Origin: an uncultured Candidatus Saccharibacteria bacterium
GTDB lineage: Bacteria; Patescibacteriota; Minisyncoccia; UBA6257; JACOXY01
Assembly: GCA_964357615.1 (NCBI GenBank)
Contig: CAYHMC010000005.1
Span: 24,064-88,063, forward strand
Direction: 5' to 3'
DNA: 64,000 nt
Under the pieces are notes generated by a model. The model saw nothing but the letters and a program-made list of their open reading frames with translations. It was not told where the DNA came from and did no database searches. Numbering within the stretch: the stretch's first letter is position 1; each line of letters starts with the position of its first letter. The position numbers and the translations under genes are program-made. Of the stretch, positions 1-8,836 are shown piece by piece.

Positions 1-887
1 GTAAAAATACCTTTATCAAAGGCATGTTGACGTTGTTTTAATCCACAATACCAAATCAAAGATATTTCACCGATTTCTCTTGCTATTTTATTTTTGATAT
101 CGTTCCATTGACCAGAATCAATTTTCATATTTGGATAAAGAAAAGAATTTGAAGGTGGATTTACAGACCAATTATTACCTTCTTTTCTAACTTTTCTAAT
201 CCAATTAATAGCTTGTGTTGTCATATGTTCGTATTTGTTGTCTTTGTTTTCAAAATTTATTATTCCAACCTTCTCAAAAGGTGAATCGTATTTAATATCT
301 TTAGAATCACAAGATGATCTTCGCCCTAGAATCAAACCTATTTTAGGCTCGTAATTCTGCATTTCGAAAAGACATTTGTTGTAAATATTGATTTGCCCTT
401 TATAAGCAGGTATATTTCCAGAATTAACAAGATGAGTCTGATCCGCTGTCAGTTTCAATGTTGACCATTTTATATCTAGAACAACATAGTGATAAGGTTG
501 ATTACAAGAATGTTTATATTCGTAGTTTACGAATTGGTTTAGATAATCATTTCTAATTAGAAGATCGGCGATGCCTTTTAATTTTAATTTTTCGTTTTTG
601 ATTGGCGCTGAATGAATGAGAGGAATACCTTCTTTCATTAATTTAAGAGTTTGAAGCACGTTTTCATCGCTAAAAATCGAAGATACCGAGACAACTTTAA
701 TCATGCTATTAATAGTATTGATAATTTTACTTTCAAAATCGTTTCCTTTCTGAAGAATATGTTTGACAAAGTCTGTTTCGGTTTCCTTATAATCTTTTTT
801 AAAATATAATTTAAGCCAATCAACAAGTGTGTCATTAAGCATAAAATTTCTTACATCTGTTCCGGATACATATTCATTTGAATTCAT
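1..887 (-). CDS. Hypothetical protein, N-terminal ~295 aa (gene runs off the window start); possible PD-(D/E)xK-like nuclease motifs (GIADLLI ... VVLDIKW)
   Basis: Open frame on minus strand from ATG at ~885-887 (MNSNEYVSGTDV...) to position 1 without stops, by manual reverse-complement. Upstream AT-rich spacer is shared with the divergent gene at 933. Not in the supplied ORF track, probably because it is truncated. Confidence 0.4.
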   Translation of the reverse strand, partial: MNSNEYVSGTDVRNFMLNDTLVDWLKLYFKKDYKETETDFVKHILQKGNDFESKIINTINSMIKVVSVSSIFSDENVLQTLKLMKEGIPLIHSAPIKNEKLKLKGIADLLIRNDYLNQFVNYEYKHSCNQPYHYVVLDIKWSTLKLTADQTHLVNSGNIPAYKGQINIYNKCLFEMQNYEPKIGLILGRRSSCDSKDIKYDSPFEKVGIINFENKDNKYEHMTTQAINWIRKVRKEGNNWSVNPPSNSFLYPNMKIDSGQWNDIKNKIAREIGEISLIWYCGLKQRQHAFDKGIF

Positions 888-932
888 TTAAATTATTTTT
901 CAAAACTATAAATATTTTATTTTTAAAATAAA

Positions 933-1520
933 ATGAATATCAATATTGTTATAATTGTTATTTGTCTTATAGTGATCCTACCTTTTCTGATCGCTATAGT
1001 TTCTAAAAAAAGAAAGGGAAAAACTGGGTTTTCATGCAAATCATCTTGTAAAGACCCTGCGATATGCTTTCAATCACAATGCTTAACCAACACATCGTGT
1101 CTTATCAAGAATGTCCAAACTGGATTGTATTTAGACATAGCACAAACTCAAAATGTCAACTTTTTGTGTAGTCAACTTGCTAATATGTCACCTACTGTTC
1201 CAGCTCAATCTCAATGTTTTATTAATGCTATAAATGATGATGGATCTGTGTTTTATATTTTTATTGCATATATGAGTTCTGATGGAAAAAATGAATTTGA
1301 TTTTACGTTAACAAACACAGGATTTTGGAATAATTTCGATCCTTACAATGATGGATTTTATTATAAAGATGGAAAGATCTATTCGGTTAACAACAACGGA
1401 AAATTAGTTGTAACTCAATATGGTTCTGATATGGTAGCAATTGTTCAGTCACCAACATATGTCGGTCAATCGAATGATCAATGGGAAATTCAATTTGTTC
1501 CAAATATTTTAAAAAAATAA
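933..1520 (+). CDS. Membrane-anchored Cys-rich protein, possibly ricin-B/beta-trefoil-like (QxW motif)
   Basis: N-terminal hydrophobic segment MNINIVIIVICLIVILPFLIAIV followed by KKRKGK. Multiple Cys. C-terminal NDQWEIQFV resembles a QxW lectin repeat. Start context aaaataaaATG. Confidence 0.4.
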   Translation: MNINIVIIVICLIVILPFLIAIVSKKRKGKTGFSCKSSCKDPAICFQSQCLTNTSCLIKNVQTGLYLDIAQTQNVNFLCSQLANMSPTVPAQSQCFINAINDDGSVFYIFIAYMSSDGKNEFDFTLTNTGFWNNFDPYNDGFYYKDGKIYSVNNNGKLVVTQYGSDMVAIVQSPTYVGQSNDQWEIQFVPNILKK

Positions 1521-1528
1521 ATTAATAA

Positions 1529-3100
1529 ATGTCTTCTCTTCAAAACATAAAAAATTTATTTATAGAAGGAATGGCTTATGCCAGAAAAAAATATAAAAGT
1601 ATATTATACGATCCTTGTCACGATCTTTGTGATTATCAAATTAAACTTGTCAATCAAGCAACCGATATTAATACTGTTATGAACGCTATTTGGTTAGGAA
1701 ACTTGAATTACGTTTGGTCTTCTTCTTTCAATGCGCCTCAACCCATTTGTTCAGGATGTGAACTTGCTCATACACAAATTCAATTTGGTGTTGGGCCAGT
1801 TGAATGGTATTTTTTATATGGAACTCATGGAAATCTTTGTTATAATCTCACTTTTTTCAAGCTCGAGATTGCACCACCAAAAGTGATTAAGAAACACATT
1901 AACGACGGTTCCCTTTCTCTAGAAAATAGTGTTATGTGGAATGTTCTTGGCGGATTTGGAACCATACCCAGTTCTGGTCAGGCTCCTGTTTGGAACAGTA
2001 TTCAATCGGAGTGGATCAGTATGATATATGAGACAAAAAGTTATTCCACATTTGTTCTTCAAGGTTCTGGTCAAAATATCAATGTCACTCTTCAAAGTAT
2101 AACACCAATGACTTTTGATGTTGTTTTAACTTTTAAGGATACTGCAGGTATTAATCATGAATTCAACACATCGATGTCTGCCTTAACACCGCCTTTACCA
2201 AATGTTGCAAACTCGTGTGAATGCGGTTATGGGCTAGGTTCATTTTATTATTCTTATCCAAGTATGTCTTGTGTCATTAAAGCGGATGGAAATACGTCAC
2301 CAAACTCAGGTTTTGGATGGATTGATCATCAACTTATTAAAAATGGAATTGCAAATTCTTTGTATGGGCAATCCCTTCAAACTCTTTCAAGTATTATAAA
2401 TAAAAATGTATCTGGCGGATGGCTTTGGACAACAATTCAAGACAATGAAACCAGTATTCAATACATGTTTACACATTTCTTTGCAAAAAAGTTTTATCAA
2501 GACGATATAATGCTTAATAATAACATTTCAGCATCAATGGTAAATGTATATAAAAAGGGTGTTGCTAATTTTAATTCGAACGATTCTGAAATAGATACCA
2601 GTGATTTCAGTATGACAATGACAAAAACCGTTTTATCACCATACACGAATATGAATATGCCCGCATCTTATAATATTATTCTTCCAGGTGGAAAGAAAGT
2701 TGTTCTTTCTATTTCAACTGCTCCAAATGTATATCCGACCGCTTTTGCACCTTATGAAACACCAGCTTTACTTTATGATGAAAATGGACATGTCATAGGT
2801 CAAGGTTTAATTGAAGCTAATTTCTACTTTGACAATAATACTATGGTTTCAAGATTGATCGATTTTGCTGGTGGAAACTCAAAAAATAGTTCTGAAGTCA
2901 ATACAGTCATGAATGCATTAAATAGAAGACAGAGTATGTTTCAGAAATTTCTTGGTCTTATAATTGTTTTAATGCCTTTAATTGTGCTTTTAGGTTGTCT
3001 TTTATTTATTTTCAAGTTTCGAAAAGAAAAGATAACAAAAACGACTAAAACTTTATTTGTAGTTGCGGTGTGTCTTCTTTTATACTTTTTGTTGTTTTGA
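1529..3100 (+). CDS. Putative type-I membrane glycoprotein (523 aa)
   Basis: Many N-x-S/T sequons. Single C-terminal TM helix (GLIIVLMPLIVLLGCLLFIF) then a basic tail. No recognisable enzymatic motif. Confidence 0.45.
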   Translation: MSSLQNIKNLFIEGMAYARKKYKSILYDPCHDLCDYQIKLVNQATDINTVMNAIWLGNLNYVWSSSFNAPQPICSGCELAHTQIQFGVGPVEWYFLYGTHGNLCYNLTFFKLEIAPPKVIKKHINDGSLSLENSVMWNVLGGFGTIPSSGQAPVWNSIQSEWISMIYETKSYSTFVLQGSGQNINVTLQSITPMTFDVVLTFKDTAGINHEFNTSMSALTPPLPNVANSCECGYGLGSFYYSYPSMSCVIKADGNTSPNSGFGWIDHQLIKNGIANSLYGQSLQTLSSIINKNVSGGWLWTTIQDNETSIQYMFTHFFAKKFYQDDIMLNNNISASMVNVYKKGVANFNSNDSEIDTSDFSMTMTKTVLSPYTNMNMPASYNIILPGGKKVVLSISTAPNVYPTAFAPYETPALLYDENGHVIGQGLIEANFYFDNNTMVSRLIDFAGGNSKNSSEVNTVMNALNRRQSMFQKFLGLIIVLMPLIVLLGCLLFIFKFRKEKITKTTKTLFVVAVCLLLYFLLF

Positions 3101-3150
3101 ATCTTTTTGTGGAATAAAATAAATTCCAAAGATAAAGATCACTTAGATTT

Positions 3151-3185
3151 AAAAAATGATTTTCAAAAAAATTTTTTGAAAAAAC
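3151..3185 (+). promoter_or_regulatory. Class-1 upstream motif AAAAATGATTTTCAAAAAAATTTTTTGAAAAA
   Basis: Instance of the window-wide oriented motif, ~5 nt upstream of the ATG at 3189. Confidence 0.5.
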
Positions 3186-3188
3186 AAA

Positions 3189-4541
3189 ATGAGTTATCTC
3201 GATAAATGCGTTGTCAAAACCGATATTATGTTAAGGAAATTGAGACCATCTAGAAACCTTATTATCTTTGTTTACAATCAGAATACTTACATCCCTGTTT
3301 CAAGGGAAGACATGAATACTATTATGAAATCACCCTTCATTAGAAGCAATGAAACCACAAATAAGAACGAAAATTTCTACAAAATTCCAAACGAAATTCA
3401 TGTTGACTCGTCGCTTGAAGAATGTTATCAAGACAGAAATAATACAATGAAGTTAGAACTCAAAGGCAAGTTTAAATACGATGGAAACTCATTCACTTTC
3501 TTTGGTGTTACTCCAATGAAAAGAAAGGAAATAAACGAGTTGAAAGAGAAAGATTTCTTTATCAATCATTTAGCAGACGAAGTAGAAAATGAAGAATCTG
3601 ATGACGATGAAAAGCAGTGGAATAAAATTTCGAAAAAGACAAGAAAAACGGGAGCATTTGTTGATTATTTCAATTTCAATGTAAAACGTATTCAGGTTTA
3701 TGATAATCATGTTTTGAAAGAAGAAAAATGGTTCGAAAATGATGTTTTACACAGGAATGATGACGAAGACGATCTTCCAGCTTATATTGAGTATTATGAT
3801 AATGGTAAAATTAGCGTTGAAAAATGGTATAAGAAAGGAAAACTTCACAGAATGAATAAACCGGCTTGGTTAGAATGGTATGAAAGTGGTGAAAAGAAAG
3901 CGGAAGGATGGTATCAAGAAGGTGTTCATCATACATTGGGTGATAATTGTGATGATCTTCCATGCGCAACTTACTATTATAAAAATGGAAATAAACAAAA
4001 AGATTTTTGGTTTCAAAATGGAAAATTGAATCGAGAAAATGATCTTCCTTCTTGTATTATATACTTTGAAAATGGAAAAAAGAAACAAGAAACATGGTAT
4101 CAGAATGATAAATTACATAGAGATCATGCTCTTCCAGCTGTAATTACTTGCCATGAAAATGGAAATAAGAAAGAAGAAAAATGGTTTAATAATGGTAGAT
4201 TACATAATGACAAAAAACCGGCTTGGATTACATACTTTGAAAATGGAAACAAGGAAGCAGAAGAATGGTGTCAAAATGATAAAATACATAATCATGAAAA
4301 CCCAGCTATTATTATATATTTTGCAAACGGAAATAAGAAAGAAGAAGCATGGTATCAAAATGGAATATTGGAAAGTCCGACGCATGTCACAGAAAATAAG
4401 CTGGTTTTTGAACCAGCTTATTTTCTGTATTTTGAAAATGGAAAAATTCATCTTGAGAAATACTTTGAAAATAATTGTGAAGTGAAAACTATTCATTATA
4501 ATAAACCAAATTGTGGATGTAGTATTCAATATATAAAATAA
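3189..4541 (+). CDS. MORN-repeat protein (450 aa)
   Basis: More than 10 tandem ~23-aa repeats of the form W(Y/F)xNGK(L/I)HRxxDLPAxIxYYENGNKKxE. N-terminal 95 aa is paralogous to the N-terminus of the gene at 39818..41119 (MSY..KC.V.TD...IPNEI..DSSLE.C...NNTMKLELKG). Confidence 0.8.
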   Translation: MSYLDKCVVKTDIMLRKLRPSRNLIIFVYNQNTYIPVSREDMNTIMKSPFIRSNETTNKNENFYKIPNEIHVDSSLEECYQDRNNTMKLELKGKFKYDGNSFTFFGVTPMKRKEINELKEKDFFINHLADEVENEESDDDEKQWNKISKKTRKTGAFVDYFNFNVKRIQVYDNHVLKEEKWFENDVLHRNDDEDDLPAYIEYYDNGKISVEKWYKKGKLHRMNKPAWLEWYESGEKKAEGWYQEGVHHTLGDNCDDLPCATYYYKNGNKQKDFWFQNGKLNRENDLPSCIIYFENGKKKQETWYQNDKLHRDHALPAVITCHENGNKKEEKWFNNGRLHNDKKPAWITYFENGNKEAEEWCQNDKIHNHENPAIIIYFANGNKKEEAWYQNGILESPTHVTENKLVFEPAYFLYFENGKIHLEKYFENNCEVKTIHYNKPNCGCSIQYIK

Positions 4542-4543
4542 TT

Positions 4544-4573
4544 TTTCAAAAAATGATTTTAAAAAAAAATCAT
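4544..4573 (+). promoter_or_regulatory. Class-1 upstream motif TTTCAAAAAATGATTTTAAAAAAAAATCAT
   Basis: Motif instance ~20 nt upstream of ATG 4592; explains the spurious N-terminal extension MILKKNHIKIKIK in the ORF track. Confidence 0.5.
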
Positions 4574-4591
4574 ATCAAAATCAAAATAAAG

Positions 4592-5362
4592 ATGGAAAAA
4601 CGTAGAATTGAATTTCTGAATGAAACACGTGTTAAAATGTCACAAATTAAAACATTTATTAAAAGAGAGACAGCCAACCTGCATAACGTCAAAAATTTTC
4701 TAACACATGCAGAAGACATTGAGAAGAGACGAGAAAGCATTCTCGAAAAACTAAATCAAAAACAGGAAGAACTGGAAGAACTCGAAGAAAAGGAAACAGG
4801 TATTTTGAATGGTGATTACGATGATGAAATTAAGAAAAATATTATTTCCAACCCAAGAAAACCGACTGAAACAGCAAAAAAAGAAGTTAAACCCAATTTG
4901 AAACCAACTTTAATTATCAAAAATAATTCATCATTTAGAGATGAAATTAAACCAGTTTTCTCTAAAACTGAATCGAAAACAGAAGTTAAAGTAGGAAACA
5001 AAAAAGAAAGAAGAAGAGACAAGAAGGAACAAGAAAAAATTGACAAAAAGGAATATGCGAAAAAGTTTGATCATGAGAACTATTATAGAAACTTTTGTCA
5101 TGCTATTGATTCGCTTCCAAAATATATTTCTAAAAATCTTGCAACAATGCCAAACAACAAGGGTTATATCTTCAAAGGTTGTTGGTTTTTTGGTAATAAA
5201 CCAACGGAACCAAATGAACCTATGGTTATGTTTGAAAAACTTTATAATCATGTTCTTAAAATCTACGTTATATCACATAACGAAATTAATATTTTTGAAA
5301 AGAAGGGTGATGAAGGCAAAAAATGGGTTCAAACAAAAAGAAGAAACGAATCTATTTACTAA
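4592..5362 (+). CDS. Hypothetical K/E-rich charged protein
   Basis: Track ORF 4553..5362 begins at the ATG inside the upstream motif (aaaaATGATTTTaaaa). The likely real start is ATG 4592 (MEKRRIEF). Coiled-coil-like charged composition. Confidence 0.45.
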   Translation: MEKRRIEFLNETRVKMSQIKTFIKRETANLHNVKNFLTHAEDIEKRRESILEKLNQKQEELEELEEKETGILNGDYDDEIKKNIISNPRKPTETAKKEVKPNLKPTLIIKNNSSFRDEIKPVFSKTESKTEVKVGNKKERRRDKKEQEKIDKKEYAKKFDHENYYRNFCHAIDSLPKYISKNLATMPNNKGYIFKGCWFFGNKPTEPNEPMVMFEKLYNHVLKIYVISHNEINIFEKKGDEGKKWVQTKRRNESIY

Positions 5363-5942
5363 TACCAGATATCATTCGAAAACGTTTTATTAAATCTTCT
5401 CTTTTTTGATCATCGAAAGCACCATGTTCTGTTAACCATACAATAGCAAGTTTTGAGTTGGGTTTCTCTTCGTATAAAGAATTATAAAATCTGAAAAGTG
5501 GATCTGTTATATTTAATGCTGGCTTCTTTTGATACGGTTTTGCAAAAACAGTTTTTTGAATAGGAGTCATCGGATCGATTCCCTTAACCCATCTTTGTGC
5601 AAAATCAAGATGTTCTTTTCTGATATCGAATCTATTTAAAATATTATGAACTTCTTGTTTCAGTTTTATTGCCGGATTTTTAAATAAAGTATAAAGCCGT
5701 TTTCCTGCTATGAAAGCAGAATCAGAAATTCTTGTGTCACCTTGCATCTTACCTTTGAGAATATAAGAACAGTAGTAAGCGAACAAACATTGAACATATA
5801 TCGGAAGGTTAAGAAAGGCTTCAACATATTCTTTAGGTTTGTTCGATCTAAATTTCGAACAAAACAATTGCATATCTCTGCTAAGTTTCTCTTTGTCGAT
5901 TCCATCTATATCAATTGGATATTGCATACATTGTTCAGACAT
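5352..5942 (-). CDS. Hypothetical protein (196 aa)
   Basis: Long ORF on minus strand, convergent with 4592..5362 with an 11-nt overlap. No recognisable motif. Confidence 0.4.
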   Translation of the reverse strand: MSEQCMQYPIDIDGIDKEKLSRDMQLFCSKFRSNKPKEYVEAFLNLPIYVQCLFAYYCSYILKGKMQGDTRISDSAFIAGKRLYTLFKNPAIKLKQEVHNILNRFDIRKEHLDFAQRWVKGIDPMTPIQKTVFAKPYQKKPALNITDPLFRFYNSLYEEKPNSKLAIVWLTEHGAFDDQKREDLIKRFRMISGISK

Positions 5943-5963
5943 TTTATTTTATAAAAAATAAAA

Positions 5964-7595
5964 TTAAAATTTCCATGACGATCTCGTTTCTACAGCCCAT
6001 CTAAATTTCAATAAATTAGAACTATTGTAAATTTTTTCAATAGGAACTTCAACTGTTTTTGCCCATGCAACAACTATTCTTGGGTCTATGTAATTAACTT
6101 TACTTGTAATGGTGCTTAGATTTTCATTTTTTTCTATTAATTTTATTTTGTAGTCTTCGATCTTCTTTAAAGAAGATTCTTTTTGTTTGTCGGTTTGAGC
6201 TTGGTTTAAATTTATTGTTTCTTTTTCGATTTTCAATTCGAGTTCTTTTATCGTTTGTTCATTGTCTTGATTTAATTTTTTATGATTCAAGGCTCTTGCA
6301 GTTTCTATATTGGCTTTTTTAAAAGCTTGTAATTTTACAGCATCACTATCGTTTACATCGATCTTTATTTCACTCAATTTATTTTGAAGAATCGAAGACG
6401 CTTTCCATGTTCTAAAAACTTTTGCTGTCAATCCTGGAACTATCGATTTTAAGTAATCGTTAAGAGAAACTGCATTGATGGTATCAAACACAAGATCATC
6501 TTCTTTTTTATTTTTAAGAAAAGAAGAAATTCGTTCGTAAAGAATAGGTGCAAAATTATATTGTTTATTGAATTCAATTGAACTTTTTCCGAAAAAGTTA
6601 ATTTGAATTTGATTATTTGGAAGCAATTTTATGTTTGAAACTTTTAAAGTTGTTAAACCAACTGTATCATTGTCTACAGTTTCATCTTTTTCTGTTCCAG
6701 GTCTTATAGCCATTTTATCGAGAAAGAACACAGCCATACCAAACTGTTGATTTCTGATATAAGGTGATTTTATATCAGCAGAATATCGGTTAATGATAAG
6801 GGGTAAATTCTCTTTTAGAGATCTTGCTTTATCAAATTTTACTGTATCGGATTCTTCAACATAAGGCGATGTGTTTCTATCAAGTGAGATGTAAACATAC
6901 GAGTTTGTGACATTATTTTTATATTTGGCGAGGTATGTTACGCTTGGTATAACTTCTTTTTTATACCAATCATTTCCGTGAACATTCGTTCCATTCACAG
7001 TAATTTCATTTGGTTTAAATCTTTTTTTGATTTTACCTCGAAGTTTGGAATCATGACCGATAAATAAACTTGGTGGTTGAACTCTGAAATTTCCAATTTT
7101 CATTGTCTGACCATCGATAATAGCCAACCCGAAATCTTCCTTTATTTGTTCTTTTTCTTCTTTTTCTTGTTTCTTTTCAGTGGGAAGCATCATACCTCTA
7201 ATTTCAGCTTTTTCTGTTTTGAAGGCGGAAACATAGTTCAACATATTCGAAAAATCTATTTTATTAAAATCAACTATTTCAGGGTGATGTTTCATTAGAA
7301 TAGGTTGCCAATCGTTCCAAAAATTTGCGTTGAATAAAGCATCAACCGTTTTTTTTCTTTTTGAAGATCTTGAACTTGATGACAGCCTTTCATCTTGCTC
7401 TTTAACAAGACAATATAAATAAGCACATTCTTCTGCAGATAGATTAAGATTGTTTTCTTTACTGTTCGCATTCAATTTGACTGGTTGACCATCATATGTT
7501 ATAAAAGCACCGTCAGGAAGGGGAACATACTCTTCTGGAAAAAGCGGACCACTATGTTCAAGTGTCTGCCAACGTATTTTTCCGCGTTTACTCAT
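5964..7595 (-). CDS. TOP1: DNA topoisomerase IB, eukaryotic (TOP1) type
   Basis: Blocks align with human TOP1 core and C-terminal domains: [35 protein letters not shown] vs [52 protein letters not shown] vs [17 protein letters not shown]; C-terminal [27 protein letters not shown] vs [27 protein letters not shown], including the catalytic Tyr. Confidence 0.85.
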   Translation of the reverse strand: [543 protein letters not shown]

Positions 7596-7634
7596 TTATT
7601 ACATATTTTTTTACTTTAATAAAAGAACAAAAAA

Positions 7635-8069
7635 ATGCAAATTATTAATTATATCGGATATATGTTACTTTGTGTGGTTCTTGTCATACTATCGTGTGTC
7701 GTCGTCAAACAAATAAGAGAATACCATCTTCAAAATGATCCGATTTTAACAACTTTAAAAGAAGTTTTAAAGCCAATTACATTTGGTGGTAGATCTATAA
7801 CAGATGGAATGAAACTGTATAAAGCCGATAAAAGTTACACAATAAATAAGAGTCAAACCTTCATGTGTTTGTATGATAAACAAGGCCAGTATTACCCATT
7901 AAATCAACTTATTTACGTTCTTCTTCATGAACGTGCACATTCATTAAATCAAGCAGATATAGGTCATACACCAGCTTTCTATCAGATTTTTGACAATCTT
8001 CTTGATCAAGCAACAAAATTGGGTATTTACAATCCAAACATTTCAATCATACAAGATTATTGTGAGTGA
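7635..8069 (+). CDS. Small membrane protein with HExxH motif (possible mini zinc-metallopeptidase)
   Basis: N-terminal TM (YMLLCVVLVILSCVVV). LLHERAHSL contains HExxH. Function call is weak. Confidence 0.3.
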   Translation: MQIINYIGYMLLCVVLVILSCVVVKQIREYHLQNDPILTTLKEVLKPITFGGRSITDGMKLYKADKSYTINKSQTFMCLYDKQGQYYPLNQLIYVLLHERAHSLNQADIGHTPAFYQIFDNLLDQATKLGIYNPNISIIQDYCE

Positions 8070-8083
8070 ATGAGTAAACAAAA

Positions 8084-8797
8084 TTAACTTTCAACAAAGT
8101 GAAGATACTTGAAAGCCTGACACATAAGAAAAGTATCTGCAAGATCATCTTTTTTAATTTTTTTATTTTTCTTGCCTTTTACTTCTGGTTCATTCAATTT
8201 GTTTTTTTCTTTTCTAAGTTCAAGTATCTCAATTGCTTTTGTAACAGCCCATTTTTTTCTAGCTGTCTTTGTCATCGCTTTATATCGGTTTGATTTGTTG
8301 CTTTCAACCTTGTAAGCACCTAGAACTTGTGTTTTGTGATAAGATGGAAAATCTATGATTGTCTTTGCCTTTCCAAATTTAAAAATAAAATATGAAAAGC
8401 AATGTTGAGCTAATTTAATTGCCATAAAATTAATTTTACTTCCAAAGTGCATTTGCTCTTCAATTAAAATAAAATCACAAAGAGACCATAGTTCAAGATT
8501 AGATTCTAAAAGTTCATACATATTAATAAGAATTTTAACATCAAGTTGTTTAATTGCTTCTTCTTTTGACAATGTTTTTGTCAAATCAACGTTTTCGTGA
8601 CTAATAACACGACCTACATTATAAATCTTTGTAAGAATATTTTCCATAGACACAGTTGTAGTTCCATTTTTATTATATCGCTTCTCTTTTTCTATATCTG
8701 AAATACAGCTTAATTGTTTCTTATCAAATTCTTCAATACACCAAGAAAAATTCTTTTTTCCTATATCAAATGATGCAACCCATATTCCGTTTTTCAT
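8084..8797 (-). CDS. Holliday-junction resolvase, poxvirus A22/RuvC-like
   Basis: N-terminal GIWVASFDIGKKNFSWCI matches the A22 motif (I)CAFDIGAKNPART. ILIEEQ matches A22 VLLERQ (catalytic Glu). KDDLADTFLMCQAFKYL matches LDDVADSFNLAMRYV (catalytic Asp). Size 237 aa is appropriate. Start context AAATAAATAAATG. Confidence 0.7.
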   Translation of the reverse strand: MKNGIWVASFDIGKKNFSWCIEEFDKKQLSCISDIEKEKRYNKNGTTTVSMENILTKIYNVGRVISHENVDLTKTLSKEEAIKQLDVKILINMYELLESNLELWSLCDFILIEEQMHFGSKINFMAIKLAQHCFSYFIFKFGKAKTIIDFPSYHKTQVLGAYKVESNKSNRYKAMTKTARKKWAVTKAIEILELRKEKNKLNEPEVKGKKNKKIKKDDLADTFLMCQAFKYLHFVES

Positions 8798-8836
8798 TTA
8801 TTTATTTTTAATTTTATTTTTAAAATTAAAAATTAT

